The notes under the pieces: generated by a model
Seen by the model: the letters and a program-made list of their open reading frames with translations, nothing else
Database searches by the model: none
What the model was told of the DNA's origin: nothing
Part shown: in pieces, positions 40,387-49,694 of the stretch
Position numbering within the stretch: position 1 is the stretch's first letter
Layout: every line of letters begins with the position of its first letter
Program-made: the position numbers and the translations under genes
Origin: Trichomonas gallinae
Taxonomy: Eukaryota
Direction: 5' to 3'
DNA length: 49,694 bases
Assembly: GCA_008369845.1 (NCBI GenBank)
Contig: MRSU01009051.1
Span: forward strand, 1-49,694

Positions 40387-41220
40387 TTTTACAAAAATAA
40401 TAACCAAATATGATTGATGAATTATTTATAATAATGATAAACAAATGTGTTTAATTCTCAAAAATTCAGTCGAAATTTGTTTTGATTTTGAAAAAAAGTT
40501 TTCGAATTTAAAACCTCATCGACTAGATATACTCAGTAATATTATAGCTTGTGTTATGCTGCGGATTTCACATAAATCAGTTATTTTTTTCTCCGAAATC
40601 ATATCACATTTGAAACTTACTCGTATTGACTATGAATAATATGGCATTAAAATTTTATAAACAAAATAACAAAATTTGATTTCGATTTTTTTTTGCAATT
40701 TTTATTTAATATCTAAATCAGACAATGGATAAAACAGCAGGATATTCTTTTTACTGCACAAAATATAGAAATCAGAAAAATAACCTTTAATATCTTTAAT
40801 AAACAATGAATATAACAGTAGGAATTTCTATACTAACACTTATACTTATCGAATACAACCTAACTATAGTAATTAAAGTATAAGATCCTCAATTACACTG
40901 TAATTACTATTGTCTTTGTTGATCAATAGCACAATATGATGTTTCCAAGGCATTATGAGCATTAAAAAAAACTTATTCTAGTTTAAACGAGAAATTTGAC
41001 TGTCAAAAAATGATAATAAAATAATCCAATTTTTGGTCATAGACAACCACTCATGAAATAATTAAAAAGCTATTTGTCACTTTTGGATCCACTTTTTGTG
41101 AAAATAAAACTTTTTGAAGGAAATACAATTTTTGTCTTTATGCTGATTCTTTGACTATTTCATTATAAAAATATTTTTAAAATCGAATACTTGTAAATTT
41201 TGATTTCTTATAATAAAAAA

Positions 41221-43518
41221 ATGGGAATCAAGTACGATTGGAAGAACCTCGAGCTCATCAGTTTGACGTCAGTTACTAATGTCCTCACATTTATTCAGTT
41301 CGCACTTGTCCCACTTTCTAAAGCAAATGTCCGTCAGACAGGAACTAATTTTTCACTAATTAACTTTTTGGGCTTAGAAAAGCTTCTTCTCAAGCCAATC
41401 GAATACATTAAACAATTTCAAGCAATTAATCCACCGATGCGATGCTTACTTAGCGCTACAATAATTATCTGTTTTATTAATCTCATGACATTATCTTTCT
41501 TCTTCCCAACATACAAACTCTACATCTTCTTATGCGATCTTTTCTTACCAGGTATGTGCATGATGTCCATACTATGGGCTGCCAATGATTATCAACCTTC
41601 AGGCTTGAAGGTTAATGTTCCATTCATCATCATTGGTATTCTTTGGATGATTGGAAGACTTTCTGTGTATTTTTATTTCAAATGGCATGATATTTTTCAC
41701 AGAAATTGGTATAAGAGAATGGCTAGACTTTTAACTGCTATTTTCTTAGAGCGCCTTAAGCTTGCCCAAAAGAAGAAGAATGTCGATGAAGAACATTTAA
41801 AGCAGATGGATGAAGATATGGAACGTATGAGACAAATAGTAATTCAGCGTGAACCAGGAATTGATTACAGATATTATCCTAAGTGGAGAAAGATTTTTGA
41901 CATTGCTCTTGCTGCTGTATCAATAATTATATTCTTAATTCTTACATTGATATGGAAAAAGGTTGTTATGGGCGGAGAAAATGCAAATAAAACCAACAGA
42001 GAGGCTGTTGCTACATGTTTAATCGTCACAACTGCAGTTATTCTTGTTTTCTTTATAATTCGTTTATTACTCGCCCTTCTCTACTTCTTCGACAAGACAG
42101 CGCCAATGCTTGTTGGTCTCCGTCGTTTGGCCTTCAAAGGTATCATCATGCTTTCTTCTCTTGTTATCATTCCAGTTTGTAACTTAATTTTGAATGCCAC
42201 AGATTTGACAGATCAGAAATGCCCTTACAAACAATATTGGGACTACAAAGTCGAAGCATCTACTTTTATTCAATTCTTCACAAGACGTGACGGCGCGGGC
42301 TGTGCAAATTGCTCAAGGAGATCTTATGAATGGAAACCTTGCGTAAAAGTTTGCGCTCAGCTAGCTAATGAAAAAGCTAATCGCGATGGTGGATACCTTT
42401 CCGAATACGAAATTGCTAAATGCTATACTATTCCTATGATCTTTATTCAGATGCTTTTCCTTTTCATTATGATTCAGGTCCACAACCATCTTTTCAAGAA
42501 GCATCGTAACTTCATTGAGCTTCTTCCTGCTCCAACTACAGATATTGAAGCAAAGTTCACATCAGTTGTCGATCGTATTAAATCCTCGGGCGCTTACCAA
42601 TTTACTTCTTACTCTCACCAACATTCGCTTTTCAACTTCGACTTCACACAATTTAAGGCTTTCGTCCTGTTTGCTGCCTCAACTTTCCCAATTTTCCCTG
42701 CAGCGATAGTCCAACAACAAGAAGCAGTAATCATCACAATTATTTTCGTCATAGTTTGCGCAGGTATTTCCTTCTACATGCTTTTCCGCACACCGTTCAA
42801 ATCTCCTCTTCACAACATTCTCAATATTGCCGATTATGCACTTGGCACTTTCACATCTGTTGTCGCTGTTGTTTCTGCTGCTAAGGGGTACGTCAGCCCA
42901 ATCATCGGCACAATATCTTACTTTGCGGTTATTATTGTTCCATTTGTTTTGATTTTTACGCTTCCATTCTTCCTCAAATTCGATCCATCAATGCGCCCAA
43001 CAAAATATAAGCTAAAAGATATCATGAGAAAACAGAAGAAGGTCCATAAAGCTAAAAGAGCAAGGAGATATAAACAGAAAGTTGACCTATCAGATTCTGC
43101 AGAAGAATCATCAGGGCGTGAAGACCCAGATTTTGCAATCACTGATTTTGACACCGTTGCACTTTGCCCCACATATACTCAAGAAGGTAGAAATAAGAGA
43201 CAGAAGCTTTATGAGCCGAAAATCAAAAAAGTCTGGACGAAAGTCACTATAGTTGAAGGTGACTTCGCAAAAGTTACAAATGAGTTGTTCGAAATTGCTG
43301 ATAATTACCTCGATGTTGAATCATTTGTCTCTGTTACGAGATTTTTGTCCTTTGCAACAGTCTACTGCGCTCTCTGCCTAGGATACGGCGTCGGCGCAGG
43401 TGTTGCATTTTGGCAAAAGGACAAACTTCTAGTTAGCGAAGCTAACCCATACTGCGGCGTAAATTTCAAAGATTATTATCATGACAACATAACACATGGT
43501 GAATGGGCGAAAATATAA
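41221..43518 (+). CDS. Multi-pass membrane protein with a Cys-rich loop (TRP_C/receptor-like architecture)
   Basis: About 765 aa with more than 10 hydrophobic helices, a loop with CPYKQYW..CANC..PCVKVC, and a PFK..NILN motif. ATG at 41221. Confidence 0.75.
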   Translation: MGIKYDWKNLELISLTSVTNVLTFIQFALVPLSKANVRQTGTNFSLINFLGLEKLLLKPIEYIKQFQAINPPMRCLLSATIIICFINLMTLSFFFPTYKLYIFLCDLFLPGMCMMSILWAANDYQPSGLKVNVPFIIIGILWMIGRLSVYFYFKWHDIFHRNWYKRMARLLTAIFLERLKLAQKKKNVDEEHLKQMDEDMERMRQIVIQREPGIDYRYYPKWRKIFDIALAAVSIIIFLILTLIWKKVVMGGENANKTNREAVATCLIVTTAVILVFFIIRLLLALLYFFDKTAPMLVGLRRLAFKGIIMLSSLVIIPVCNLILNATDLTDQKCPYKQYWDYKVEASTFIQFFTRRDGAGCANCSRRSYEWKPCVKVCAQLANEKANRDGGYLSEYEIAKCYTIPMIFIQMLFLFIMIQVHNHLFKKHRNFIELLPAPTTDIEAKFTSVVDRIKSSGAYQFTSYSHQHSLFNFDFTQFKAFVLFAASTFPIFPAAIVQQQEAVIITIIFVIVCAGISFYMLFRTPFKSPLHNILNIADYALGTFTSVVAVVSAAKGYVSPIIGTISYFAVIIVPFVLIFTLPFFLKFDPSMRPTKYKLKDIMRKQKKVHKAKRARRYKQKVDLSDSAEESSGREDPDFAITDFDTVALCPTYTQEGRNKRQKLYEPKIKKVWTKVTIVEGDFAKVTNELFEIADNYLDVESFVSVTRFLSFATVYCALCLGYGVGAGVAFWQKDKLLVSEANPYCGVNFKDYYHDNITHGEWAKI

Positions 43519-43756
43519 TAAATAAAATTTATTATTAAAACCTGTGTAGATGCTTCAAAATTTTCGGAGTCGAAATATTATTTGATTAAACAATTTTAAA
43601 ATTGACACAATGTTGTTTGTTCATTGATTTTCGGTGATTTTTTTTAAAAAAATATCTTGCTTTAGGCTGAGACTTCTTGATTTCTCATAACACTCTATGT
43701 ATTACATATATATATAGTAAAAAACATACAATATTATTTATTATTCTATTAACAAA

Positions 43757-44995
43757 CTATATTATCTTTTGTCTAGCACGAGACTCACGATAACATGCAT
43801 AAATTTCAAGTATTAACAATGGGACTGTGAGAATAACAAAAATAAGATCGGAAATAAATTTAAGGACTGCAGAAATAATCATGAAATACGGATATTTCGG
43901 CTTATCTGGATTTAATGCACTGCCAACCCTAAAAATTTTATATTTTGGGAGATTAATTTTTGATTTGCATTCAAATGTACAATTGATGATCATTGGATCA
44001 ACATCTGCATTAAGTTCAGCTCTAGTCTTAGCAGAAAACCTGCATCTGACTAAAATTAAATTGCATTTTTCTCGACTTCTTATTGCCCAGTAATTATAGT
44101 CACTTGACTGCGAAAATAGAGAGTCTGCTATCGAAATCTTTGATGTTGAGCCTTTTGTTTCAACGCAAGAACCTCCTCCGCCAACAATATCTGCAAAACT
44201 GTTTTTATGGAAAATTGAGTGCTCAAGAACACCACGGTTCACATTGTCAAAGTATATTGAACCAGATCCTCTTTTAATCATATTTTTAACAATTATATTT
44301 CCAAATACAACTGCTGATGGACAACTAATGAATAATGCTGCTCCATTAAGCGAAGAACTACATCTAGTAAAGTTGTTATTGTTTGATTCAACTTGTATGT
44401 TGGAATGCGAAAAATAAGTTCCTCCGCTTTCAGAAGCGGCGCATTTATCTGATGAAGTATCATTCATTGAGAAGCAGGCATACTGATTATATAGAGCTCC
44501 ACCTTTTACTGCGTAGCATTCAAAAAATATTGAATTTTTGACAAAAAGTTGAGCATAAATGCATAATGATCCGCCAGCATATGATGTGCACCTAAAGAAT
44601 TTAGAATCTGAAACTGATGTATCACATAATGCGATAATTGCGCCACCAGACGCGTTATCATTTATGCATTTATCAAATATGCAATTCGTAATCTCAATGT
44701 TGCCTGTTGCAAATGATTCTCGCCTTTTTTCCCATTTTTCATTTTCTATCAAAATTAGATTATCATTTGAATCGGTGTGAATAACGGATTGAAGTGTATT
44801 TTTGAAATCTGACTGGTGTAATCGCATATTTATTGTTTTTGAGCTCGAATATAATATTTTCGAAAATGAGTTAAAGACTTTTAACCGTGAAATATCAAGC
44901 AATTGTCTGTTAAATGACTTGGAAAATGAAAATCTTGGTGAATTCTTGATATTCATAAATGATAATGAAATAATCGAAGAATTTCCAAGTTTCAT
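43757..44995 (-). CDS. Pmp-like right-handed beta-helix surface protein with a C-terminal TM helix
   Basis: Repeated FxxC/FxxN...GG(A/S/T)(I/L/Y) units (FDKC..SGGAI, FFRC..GGSL, FFEC..GGAL, FTRC..GAAL, FHKN..GGSCV), then a C-terminal hydrophobic helix and a short basic tail. Confidence 0.75.
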   Translation of the reverse strand: MKLGNSSIISLSFMNIKNSPRFSFSKSFNRQLLDISRLKVFNSFSKILYSSSKTINMRLHQSDFKNTLQSVIHTDSNDNLILIENEKWEKRRESFATGNIEITNCIFDKCINDNASGGAIIALCDTSVSDSKFFRCTSYAGGSLCIYAQLFVKNSIFFECYAVKGGALYNQYACFSMNDTSSDKCAASESGGTYFSHSNIQVESNNNNFTRCSSSLNGAALFISCPSAVVFGNIIVKNMIKRGSGSIYFDNVNRGVLEHSIFHKNSFADIVGGGGSCVETKGSTSKISIADSLFSQSSDYNYWAIRSREKCNLILVRCRFSAKTRAELNADVDPMIINCTFECKSKINLPKYKIFRVGSALNPDKPKYPYFMIISAVLKFISDLIFVILTVPLLILEIYACYRESRARQKII

Positions 44996-45642
44996 TTTGA
45001 TTTTTTTTATTTAAATTTGATCAATTTCTATATATCTACTATAGATTATTTTCACTTTTTGCTAAGAAACTTACCAAAAATATTGATCTTTCGCTAAATA
45101 TTTTTCAATTTAAGTTCATATCAAGAATTGATTAGAATATATCATTATTATCGATAGTATGTAATATATTTTAACTAATTTGTTTTATTGCAATGAATAT
45201 ATATTTGATCAAATTATAATTAATGATTTATGGAATTTAAATAGAATGAACATAATCTACTCGATAAGTAATAAATATATTTTAAGTGATAAGTATTATT
45301 CATGAAAATATTAGAATTTTTAGTTTTAAAGATATTATTAACTTTTAATTTAATGTGTGTCAAAATGAGGCTATATTTCTGAATTGCTTCAATCTTCAAT
45401 ACGAAATATATTTCATTCAAAATTAAATTTGATTTTCATTCGATATAAATGTTATTAATTTCAATATGTTGCAAATTTATTAGTATTGGTACATCAAATA
45501 GCCGATAAAATCATTGTTAAGACTTGATATAAAATATATTGACATTAAAACAGTATTTGGCGATAATTTTAACGCAAAAAGTGAATCAATAAACCAATAG
45601 ATGTTATATAACAATAGAACAGGAGAAGCACGATAGAAAAAA

Positions 45643-46566
45643 ATGAGCTTGAAAGACAAAAGCTGGCCGAAGGTCACTGGTTCGGCTCCAGTTTTGGCTA
45701 AATACATCGGAAAAAATGTTTGTGTTGGCACACGTGACGGTGGTTTGGCCGTTTTGATGTCAAATGAAGGAACTTATAAACAATCAAGACGTGTTCAAGG
45801 CCATAACCTTTGCATCTTATCCATAGCTGTTCCAGAAGATAATAGCTTCGTTGTTACTACATCAATGGAAGGAAAATGCATCGTTTATACACCAATCGAA
45901 ACAGGACTTCAATTCGCACGCGAAATTCCATGCGAAAGCACTGTTTTCCCACACTGCGCTGTCAGCCGTGACGGAAAAACAATCGCAATTGGCGGAACTA
46001 AAGGAACAATTATTATTGATAAAAATGGAAAACAGCAAGAATATCACTGCGGTGATGATACGATCGTCGATCTCACATTCTTTGGTCCCAATGATGATCA
46101 GCTCATTTTAGTTGGCCGTCACTCAATATCTCAATTCGATCTCAACAACGGAGCCCCAATTAACCAACTCACACTCGTTAGTAATGATATCAAATACCAC
46201 ATTCACTGCGTCGCCGCTAACCCAAGCAGCCAGGTCATCGCTGTTGGCACATTCGATAGATTCGTCGAATTTTATAAATTCGATGGAGAGCCAACAAAGA
46301 TAGGAGATGTTTCTATCCCACATGATAGACCTGGATCTACAGTTAAACTCATCGAATCTATCGCTTTTACTAACGATGGCAGACATCTCATTGTTGGCTC
46401 ATCGAATGGTGCTGTTTCAGTCGTTAATGTTGATAATTTTACAATTACTGATAATAGAAAGATTCAACAGCGCCGCTCTATGTCTGTTTGCGTATCTTCT
46501 GATGACACAGAAGTTATTTCCGTTTCTGATGATACTACAGTTTGTTGCCTTGAATTAGCTCAATAA
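45643..46566 (+). CDS. WD40-repeat beta-propeller protein
   Basis: GHNLCILSIA..VVTTSMEG, IAVGTFDRFV, IESIAFTNDGRHLIVGSSNG and ISVSDDTTV; about 7 blades. Confidence 0.88.
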   Translation: MSLKDKSWPKVTGSAPVLAKYIGKNVCVGTRDGGLAVLMSNEGTYKQSRRVQGHNLCILSIAVPEDNSFVVTTSMEGKCIVYTPIETGLQFAREIPCESTVFPHCAVSRDGKTIAIGGTKGTIIIDKNGKQQEYHCGDDTIVDLTFFGPNDDQLILVGRHSISQFDLNNGAPINQLTLVSNDIKYHIHCVAANPSSQVIAVGTFDRFVEFYKFDGEPTKIGDVSIPHDRPGSTVKLIESIAFTNDGRHLIVGSSNGAVSVVNVDNFTITDNRKIQQRRSMSVCVSSDDTEVISVSDDTTVCCLELAQ

Positions 46567-47152
46567 ATCTAAATATAATATTTGAAAATTTATATAATTT
46601 AATTCCATCTTGTCTATTTCAAACAGATATGAAATGAAACAATTATGTGCAAAGATGTCGATATGCTTCATATAATAAGTTTCATGTGTAAAATCCCAAA
46701 ACATCGAGTTTGAATAAAACACTGAATATTTGCTCCATGAGTCTCATAACTCGAAATATACATACACATACATATATGAACTTACTCATAATATCAAAAC
46801 AAAAATCTGATGATTTAATTACTCACAAAAATATCATATATAACTAATCGTTCAAAAACAAAAATATAATCACACTAGTGCTATATATGCATTTGGTATA
46901 AATAAAACTTGAAAACACCATTTTTGTGAAATTGATATATATTTTAAATAGAAACATGAGTTTAGATGCCAGGTATTTTCGTATCTGCTATTGAAATAGA
47001 GCCATGCATTCTAATTCATGTGTGATTCTATCTCTATTGGTAGACATCAAAAATGAGAATAAATATGTAATATACTACATATGAGGATGCTATATATATA
47101 ATGTCGTGAATTAAATTTGGATTTTGAAAAAATCACAAAAAGTGACATAATA

Positions 47153-47530
47153 ATGTCCGAAGTAAAAAATCAGACATTACAAGAGATAATAGAACAGAAT
47201 GGCATGAATGTATATATGCATCTGGTCGACCTCCTCAAAGTTGCTCCTTTAAAAGAATCAATTAAACAACAATATTCAAAAGAATTGTTCGAAAGAATCA
47301 CGTTAATTAGCAAAAAGGTCCAGCTTGGACAAATTCAACGAGACAGAGAATTTAAGATCAATGCTCAAGAGTTGGCTTTATTAATTCGAAGAATATATTT
47401 AAGTGCAAAAACTTACTCGAATTCATCCAATGAAACAAAAGGGAAAGGAGCATATCTCCAAGGCTTGGCCAAAGAAATAATCCAATTTTTCATAATGTTA
47501 GGAGATGATATTGACTTAACTGATTGGTGA
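47153..47530 (+). CDS. Hypothetical helical protein, 125 aa
   Basis: ATG 47153 lies 7 nt after AAAGTGAC (47139-47146). Coding-like composition. Confidence 0.7.
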   Translation: MSEVKNQTLQEIIEQNGMNVYMHLVDLLKVAPLKESIKQQYSKELFERITLISKKVQLGQIQRDREFKINAQELALLIRRIYLSAKTYSNSSNETKGKGAYLQGLAKEIIQFFIMLGDDIDLTDW

Positions 47531-48158
47531 ATATTTAAGCGATTATTTAATTGCGTTTCATATATATTGGCGAAATACATTCATGAAACAACAGTAAAAT
47601 TCATAAAATACGCAAATTAATTATTAATTATTTTCGTTATTAGATTTGGATGAATCTCATTATTAGAAAATCATAAGGAACAACATGAATGATACGTCCA
47701 TCAAAATGCAATTCGATAAAATTGCATATTTTCCAATCTATACAATTGATCAGCTAATTTTGTATTCATTATACAACCATTCTCTTAATAATCAATGTAC
47801 GGCGGCCTTTTGTCAATTTATCTCACTTCATAGTTAATTTAAATTATCCACCGAATATAAGAGACCTGACTGATCAAGACAAATACCAAAATGATGGAAT
47901 ACAGATGTAAAATAAAGACATTGTATTGACACAAATCAACTTACTGAATTTTTTTCCTGAAAGATTTTTTCTCCAAAAACTCTGAATCTTTCTCAAATTA
48001 TATATACTAAAATAAAAATTTGTATATTTGAAAGTATAGGGGCTGCAAATTGCGAGTAATATAATTTCCATAAATTTGAAAAAGTAAGATAAAAAAGTAG
48101 ATACATTTAAATATATATATATTGTATTAGAAGAGACATCTAAATATTCGCATGGTGG

Positions 48159-48587
48159 TTAACTTGAAACACTTGATGTAGACGAAGTAGAGAATGTTGT
48201 TGTTAAAGAGGAAGATGTAGTAGTGGAACCGCCTGAAGAAGAGTGCGATTTTGATTCACTGTAATCTGAGTAGACGTATTCGGTCACGTATGTGTCTGAG
48301 TAGTATTCTTCCCAAATATTTGGATCGTAATTCTCTGGTTTTATGCGTGTTCCAGGCTGTCTTGTAGGCTGTGGTGGCTGCGAAGATGGAGGAACTGTTT
48401 TTGGTGCTGAAGAAGCTATCGGTTTAGGTTCTTCCGGTGGCTTTTCAACAGTTTTAGGTTCTGGCTTCGGCGCAGGCTTTGGCTCTGGCTTCTTTTGTTC
48501 TACAGGTTTTGGAGCAGGAGTCGGTGGTGGTGTTTTCTTCAATGGTGGAGGGGAATCACTTGAAGGCTCATCGACTTCTTTGCACAT
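48159..48587 (-). CDS. Low-complexity Pro/Lys/Glu-rich protein with a Tyr/Ser-rich tail
   Basis: 142-aa ATG ORF, GC-richer than its flanks, with KPEPKP repeats, EEYYSDTYVTEYVYSDYSES and an S/T tail. Confidence 0.65.
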   Translation of the reverse strand: MCKEVDEPSSDSPPPLKKTPPPTPAPKPVEQKKPEPKPAPKPEPKTVEKPPEEPKPIASSAPKTVPPSSQPPQPTRQPGTRIKPENYDPNIWEEYYSDTYVTEYVYSDYSESKSHSSSGGSTTTSSSLTTTFSTSSTSSVSS

Positions 48588-48811
48588 AATTTATTAAAAA
48601 AAAAATATAAATAAGAAGTAAAAATAATTTCACTTTTTCTGAGTTGGTTTGTTGTAAATCATGGAAAATGCAATTCTCTGCATATAATCGCATTCCGTAG
48701 CCAAATTTATCATTTATTTTTGAAAATTCTTTATCCAATTAAAAAAGGTGACAAGTTTAATATTTTTGTAAAAAATTTCTTTGTAAGATTTAATATTTGT
48801 TTACGATAATC

Positions 48812-48860
48812 GAACCACGCAGCAAGTCTGGGGACTTCTGCCTGTTCTTACACTCCAACA
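48812..48860. ncRNA. Candidate small structured RNA (hairpin followed by ACA)
   Basis: GC-rich island in an AT-rich spacer: GAAC..GCAG-C-AAGTC/TGGG/GACTT-CTGC..GTTC, then ACA. An M2-like AAAGGTGACA lies about 60 nt upstream. Confidence 0.25.
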
Positions 48861-49085
48861 ATGCATAATTGCTCAATCAAAATATATTCAAAATTTTATT
48901 TGGCTTATAATTAAGTTATTTATGTATATTATAAACACCATGATTACAATAAAAACAAATGTTGTTTCAAAATTCGGTTTCATTACTATAATTCTTATTC
49001 AAATTGAAGAAATATTTTCTCACATGGCGAACAACATAAAATCCATGAAAATCTTATTAGATTATGTGCTGTAAAGACTACTTTA

Positions 49086-49472
49086 TCAGTCATTTTCACT
49101 ATCTTCTAACTTTTTCTTGTATGCAATAAATTTTTGTTTTCCTTGATCAAGTTTTAATAGTTCTTCTTTTGTCACTATATGAATCTGTTTCTCCAAACTA
49201 TTTTTGCATCCAATCGCAAATAAAGAAAAATCATTATATTGCGCAATTATTTCCCAAAAATCAAACTCTGATGGCGGAAATAGCACATCATCAGTGAGTC
49301 TTTGCCAATATTTTTTAATGGCAGTGTCTGCATTTGAATGAATAAATTCCGAATTAAAAGCGTGAAGCTCATCTTCGTTTTCAACAACATTAGCAATATA
49401 AATTAGTTCGTTATCTACAATATCATGCGTATGTATCCTTAAAATATTATCAGGTATTGAAGGATTTAGCAT
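49086..49472 (-). CDS. Hypothetical protein, 128 aa
   Basis: ATG 49472 preceded on the minus strand by GTCACTTT (Inr/reverse-M2). Coding-like composition. Confidence 0.7.
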   Translation of the reverse strand: MLNPSIPDNILRIHTHDIVDNELIYIANVVENEDELHAFNSEFIHSNADTAIKKYWQRLTDDVLFPPSEFDFWEIIAQYNDFSLFAIGCKNSLEKQIHIVTKEELLKLDQGKQKFIAYKKKLEDSEND

Positions 49473-49694
49473 GTAATTAAAAAGTGACAATTTCAAAACG
49501 TGACAAACTTACCAAAGCATTTTTTTTAAAACAACGATAAGCAAATCGTTAAATAACATGGAAATTAAACCAAATTTTTTGTTGGAATCACATGATTTTT
49601 CATCGGAAACAGAAAATTTTATGCTTGCGTCAAGTCTGATTTCAGCGAAACAATTATAGGATGACAAATGAGCGAGAGCATTCAGATCTTTTGC

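Noticed and set aside
49558..49694. Start of a plus-strand gene at the window end
   Set aside because: Coding-like, but ATG 49558 stops after 33 codons and the later ATGs run off the window, so no call can be supported.
1..49694. Spliceosomal introns, tRNA/rRNA genes, intact Maverick or Mariner transposons
   Set aside because: The CDSs appear uninterrupted. I noticed no ACTAAC..CAG branch/3' splice motif, cloverleaf, or transposase/integrase/polymerase ORF by eye; tRNAscan-SE and a repeat library search would be needed to exclude them formally.

Overview
Eukaryotic, gene-dense, apparently intron-free window: about 26 single-exon CDSs separated by very AT-rich spacers. The gene families (DUF3447-type ankyrin protein, Pmp-like beta-helix surface protein, divergent Rab) and the core-promoter motifs just upstream of the ATGs (AAAGTGAC 'M2', Inr TCAY(T/A), Myb-like 'M3') point to a trichomonad/parabasalid (Trichomonas-like) genome; this is inference. 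Products recognisable by motif: a derlin-like protein, a SAM methyltransferase, spatacsin/SPG11, Mediator MED9, ankyrin, LRR, HEAT and ARM proteins, CDC50/LEM3, a cyclophilin, a candidate Tom40/VDAC-type beta-barrel, a BTB protein, a Borealin/Nbl1-like protein, an importin-7/8-like protein, a fringe/GT31-like glycosyltransferase with a degenerate DxD motif, pecanex, a Rab GTPase, a Pmp-like protein and a WD40 protein. Many ORF-track starts are TTG/GTG or lie in promoter sequence, so I moved them to the likely ATG. Non-coding structure includes a perfect GCGAAGC-capped hairpin near base 50, a degenerate 3 x 185-bp tandem repeat between SPG11 and MED9, a 9-copy GTGACA array in a bidirectional promoter, a recurrent TTTACATGTCA motif, an orphan promoter with a 23-codon smORF, a candidate small structured RNA near 48.8 kb, and decayed ankyrin pseudogene fragments. 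I saw no rRNA, tRNA, CRISPR array or intact transposon. All homology calls come from recalled motif similarity, not database searches.
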